This document shows positions 16,902-20,000 of a DNA stretch of 20,000 nucleotides, piece by piece. The notes under the pieces are model-generated. The model saw only the letters and a program-made list of their open reading frames with translations. It was not told the origin of the DNA and searched no databases. Position numbers and translations under genes: made by a program. Where the stretch lies: the IMG/VR virus record IMGVR_UViG_2877800095_000002. One strand, written 5' to 3'. Numbering within the stretch: position 1 is the first letter of the stretch; every line of letters begins with the position of its first letter. This DNA is from an uncultured virus (IMG/VR IMGVR_UViG_2877800095_000002). Lineage: Duplodnaviria > Heunggongvirae > Uroviricota > Caudoviricetes.

Positions 16902-16994
16902 GCCGCTCTGACTGAAGCAGGGTGAAGCGAGGCGGATCGGGCCGTTTTCCGGGACGATCGGCGTAGGTCCGGAAGGCGCGTCGGGAGGGTATCG

Positions 16995-17285
16995 ATGAAG
17001 TGGTATAGCCGCATCAGCCTGGGGCTCAGCCTCGCGGTCGCGAGCGCTTTCCTGGTGGCGTACTGGCGATCGCTCGACAGCCATGGCTATCCCAATATGA
17101 ATGCGCCTGGGCTGTTCGCCTACCTGCTGGTCTTTCCTGCCTGCGCCCTGTTGCTGCATTCCACTGCGTTGGCATTCGTGCTCCAGCAGCGAAAGCTGGG
17201 GAGCGCTCGCGAAAGAGCGCTGCAATGGGCGATCAACCTGGTGCTGTGGATGGCGCCGCTTTGTTATGTCCTTGCCAGCGTCTAG
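16995..17285 (+). CDS. Small inner-membrane protein, 3 TM (96 aa)
   Basis: GGAGG RBS; three hydrophobic segments. Confidence 0.75.
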   Translation: MKWYSRISLGLSLAVASAFLVAYWRSLDSHGYPNMNAPGLFAYLLVFPACALLLHSTALAFVLQQRKLGSARERALQWAINLVLWMAPLCYVLASV

Positions 17286-17613
17286 CCCGATGTACTTCCT
17301 CTCAACCCGCAGAGCGACAAGCCATGAGGGCCGTTTCATCATTTTCCTGGGGGCAATGAGTGTGTTGTCCATTTCAATGGGTGGACGTTCAGCCGGCCCC
17401 GCCAGTAGACCGTGTAGCGTAGCTTCGTTTTCGCAGGAATGATGCCGAGCTTGGGACGGAAGTTGATGTCACGGTGCGATGGGGCTCAGAGGACTTGGGG
17501 CGGTGGGGCTTTGTCACGATCCCGGTCATATCATGGGCTGCTGACAAGGGAGCATGGCGATTGCGGCTGCCCTTTTCCTGGTGAAGTGCGAAACGGATTT
17601 TTCAGGAGGAAGC

Positions 17614-19545
17614 ATGAGCTACGACACGACCGGTTCCATGGTGGGGGCCACAGTAGGAGACCCTAGCGATGAGCGATGGAATGCGTTGATTGACGAAACC
17701 GACCTCGTAAAGGGCGCATCACTTATAGGCAGATCGGCAATGGTTTTAGCCAGCCTGGCCGATCTTCCAGATGTTCCGCAAAGCTACACCCATGAGTACA
17801 TCGTTCAAGGCCACAGACCCGGTATTACCACTGGTGGTGGCAGGTTCTACTGGGATGGGGCGGTTGCGCGGAATCGCCACAACGGCGGGACTATCATCAG
17901 CCCCACTGTTCCTGCGTACACTGCCCAGACGGGGTTGGCTGGCTATCTGGATGGCTCGGGGGAAACTGAGCCGTCCGCCTTTGGCTGCTTTGTCCGCAAA
18001 ATCGAAGGCCATGGCATTCGCCTCGAATGGTTCGGCTGGCTGCCAGGGGAACTCGCCACCGCGCCAGCGCAAAAGCTTCTGCAACAAACCCGTTCGAACG
18101 AAGGCTCTGCGGCCCACATCGGTTACACGGCCATGTTTCCCCCGGCGACCGTTCGCTCCGGTCCATTAGTTATCGGTTCGGACCAGATCATCGCCGGAAC
18201 CAGCCGGACTGTCATTCTCCAGGAGCCCGGTACGGTGACGATGGATGTCCAGCCGTTCATCAGCATGGCCGGACAGAGCAATGTGTTCATCTTCGGCAAT
18301 GGAATGCAGATCAATGGACAGAAGAACGAGGCACGCAGCGGCGAAGGTCGATATGGACTTTTCATCTATGGCTCGAAAAAAGTCCTGGTCCAGGACCTGA
18401 CAATCAACGCGTTCTCCGGTGATGGATTGGCCGTTACCGGCGATGCGGGGCGACCAAGCGAAGATGTACGCATCGACCGAGTCCTTTGCAACTTCAATGG
18501 ACGCAATGGCTTTTCGGTCATCAATGCCAGGCGCGCGACGCTGCTGAATTGCCGAGCGACTAACACGAATACCAATGGACTTGGTGCATCAGCCAATGGA
18601 CCCTGGGCGGCCTTCGACATAGAGCCCAATGAAGGAAGCGGTTACTTCATCGAAGATATCAACCTGATCGGTTGTTCGAGCGAGGGCAATGCTGGGAACG
18701 GACTCCAGTTCACCATCCCGAATACGGACTCCCCTGTCTCCGTCAGGGTCTCCGGATTCCAGTCCCGACGAGACGGTTCGGCTACTCAATACGGGGCGAA
18801 GAATGGCGGAGTGGGTTTCATATATGGAGGGGGCGTCTCTCCGAAAAACACTATGTCGGGTCTGATCCAACTGGTTGGCATCGTTGTCGACGAGCCTTTT
18901 GGCAGCGCTATGCGTTTCCGCAACTGGAGTGCCAGAAACGCGCCGGTACTCATCAGGGATGTCACGATAAGAAATGTGAACTTCGGCGTGGCCACGGGAA
19001 ACATAAATCGATGCGGAGTCTGGCAGGACTCTTCTGACTCCATGGAAGTGATTGAACCAAAGGGCAATTTCGAAGTGGATGGGCTGACCGTCTTCGACGA
19101 TAACCAACAGCTCATTCGACCCGTGTGGACCATGGGAATAGTGGCGGCTCCTACAATCGCCAAGGTGAGGAATGTCTACGTCAACCGACATGGCTATCCT
19201 GCTGTTTTGCCGTTACGTACGAAAGTACAAGGAGGCGTAGGGTGGAGCGAGCTGCCGATGGTGTCCTTGTCCTCGTCCTCAGCAATCGCAGGAACGGATT
19301 ATGTCGGACAAATGGTCGAGTTGACGGGGAGCGGAGGATTCGTACTGCCGGAGGCCGCTCTTGCCTCGGGCTGTGTCTTCAGGATCAGGAATGGTTCGAG
19401 CGGCAGCATCAACGTCACGGCACTGGCTGGAGGAATCACGGGCAGTACCTACGGTAGCTACACCAACACAGGAAGCAGCCTGACCTTGATCAATGGGCAG
19501 TATGCCGAGCTATGGAGCAATGGAAGCACCTGGGTCCTGAAATGA
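17614..19545 (+). CDS. Tailspike-like right-handed parallel beta-helix protein (pectate-lyase-like), putative polysaccharide depolymerase (643 aa)
   Basis: AGGAGG RBS before ATG 17614. Tailspike-type KGASLIG and GGGRFYWD...HNGGTIISP motifs; beta-helix rungs (GDGL, NGRNGFSV, FDIEPN, GNAGNGL); fibre-like C-terminal domain ending SNGSTWVLK. No signal peptide. Confidence 0.78.
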   Translation: MSYDTTGSMVGATVGDPSDERWNALIDETDLVKGASLIGRSAMVLASLADLPDVPQSYTHEYIVQGHRPGITTGGGRFYWDGAVARNRHNGGTIISPTVPAYTAQTGLAGYLDGSGETEPSAFGCFVRKIEGHGIRLEWFGWLPGELATAPAQKLLQQTRSNEGSAAHIGYTAMFPPATVRSGPLVIGSDQIIAGTSRTVILQEPGTVTMDVQPFISMAGQSNVFIFGNGMQINGQKNEARSGEGRYGLFIYGSKKVLVQDLTINAFSGDGLAVTGDAGRPSEDVRIDRVLCNFNGRNGFSVINARRATLLNCRATNTNTNGLGASANGPWAAFDIEPNEGSGYFIEDINLIGCSSEGNAGNGLQFTIPNTDSPVSVRVSGFQSRRDGSATQYGAKNGGVGFIYGGGVSPKNTMSGLIQLVGIVVDEPFGSAMRFRNWSARNAPVLIRDVTIRNVNFGVATGNINRCGVWQDSSDSMEVIEPKGNFEVDGLTVFDDNQQLIRPVWTMGIVAAPTIAKVRNVYVNRHGYPAVLPLRTKVQGGVGWSELPMVSLSSSSAIAGTDYVGQMVELTGSGGFVLPEAALASGCVFRIRNGSSGSINVTALAGGITGSTYGSYTNTGSSLTLINGQYAELWSNGSTWVLK

Positions 19546-19622
19546 CGCGTAAACCTTTTATTTGGCTTGCCTCCGACTGTCATGGCGTATGGTCGGTATG
19601 CCAGGACAGCTTTTCGAGCGGC

Positions 19623-20000
19623 TCAGCGCTTCGGCGCAAAGACCATCTTCACCGGCGCATCGTGCTTCAGGCGCGAGCCGTCCGCTTGGTTTCCGGGCTC
19701 GAAGCTAGGGTGCCAGGCCCTGAGTTCCGTATCGGACAGCCACTCCAGTTGCAATTCGTCCGCGGATGCGCGCAGGTCGAATTGCGCCAGCGACTGCACG
19801 ACTGAATGGCACTTTTCCGATTTCCCGGTTTCGAGGAGGGAGACCTGTATTTCTTCGCCCCAGGTGATCGAACCTTTCTCCGGGCATTTCCGAACCTCGA
19901 CGTGGTATTGCCCGTTCGGCGACGGCAGGTCGGAAATCAGCTTGTCGGGGCCGCAGGCGGCGAGGAGTACACTCAGTATCAGCAGGGGGCTTTTTTTCAT
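19623..20000 (-). CDS. Small lipoprotein of unknown function (125 aa)
   Basis: MKK start and lipobox LAA/C. ATG sits at the window edge, so the RBS is not visible. Confidence 0.8.
   Translation of the reverse strand: MKKSPLLILSVLLAACGPDKLISDLPSPNGQYHVEVRKCPEKGSITWGEEIQVSLLETGKSEKCHSVVQSLAQFDLRASADELQLEWLSDTELRAWHPSFEPGNQADGSRLKHDAPVKMVFAPKR

Noticed and set aside
16260..17372. 370-aa minus-strand ORF
   Set aside because: Antisense to two better-supported plus-strand genes.

Overview
Pseudomonas aeruginosa-like DNA, judged from GC-rich core genes, an IS222-like element and the DusA N-terminus. Bases 1 to ~10950 are the right end of a lambdoid (siphovirus-type) prophage: tail tip protein J, two small tail/receptor genes, a tail fibre, GH19 endolysin and spanins. 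An AT-richer accessory zone follows, with a glycine-zipper protein plus small membrane protein, a standalone His-Me/HNH-like gene, and a two-gene cassette (unknown 220-aa protein + XRE-HTH/ImmA-IrrE peptidase, RosmerTA-like). These sit in the remains of a LexA-box/SRAP SOS module. The prophage ends in the displaced 5' end of dusA (attachment site). Outside it lie an intact IS3-family element (IS222-like, 3-bp target duplication) and a pyocin-like 490-aa protein with a C-terminal Ntox44 domain. That gene has an overlapping membrane-anchored putative immunity gene and a Fur-box-like upstream site. Then come a decayed ORF, three core-like envelope genes, an orphan tailspike-like beta-helix gene and a small lipoprotein. 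Best candidates for an undescribed system: the Ntox44 bacteriocin/immunity pair, the prophage defence-like cassettes and the orphan tailspike. All family assignments come from motif recognition by eye; no searches were run.
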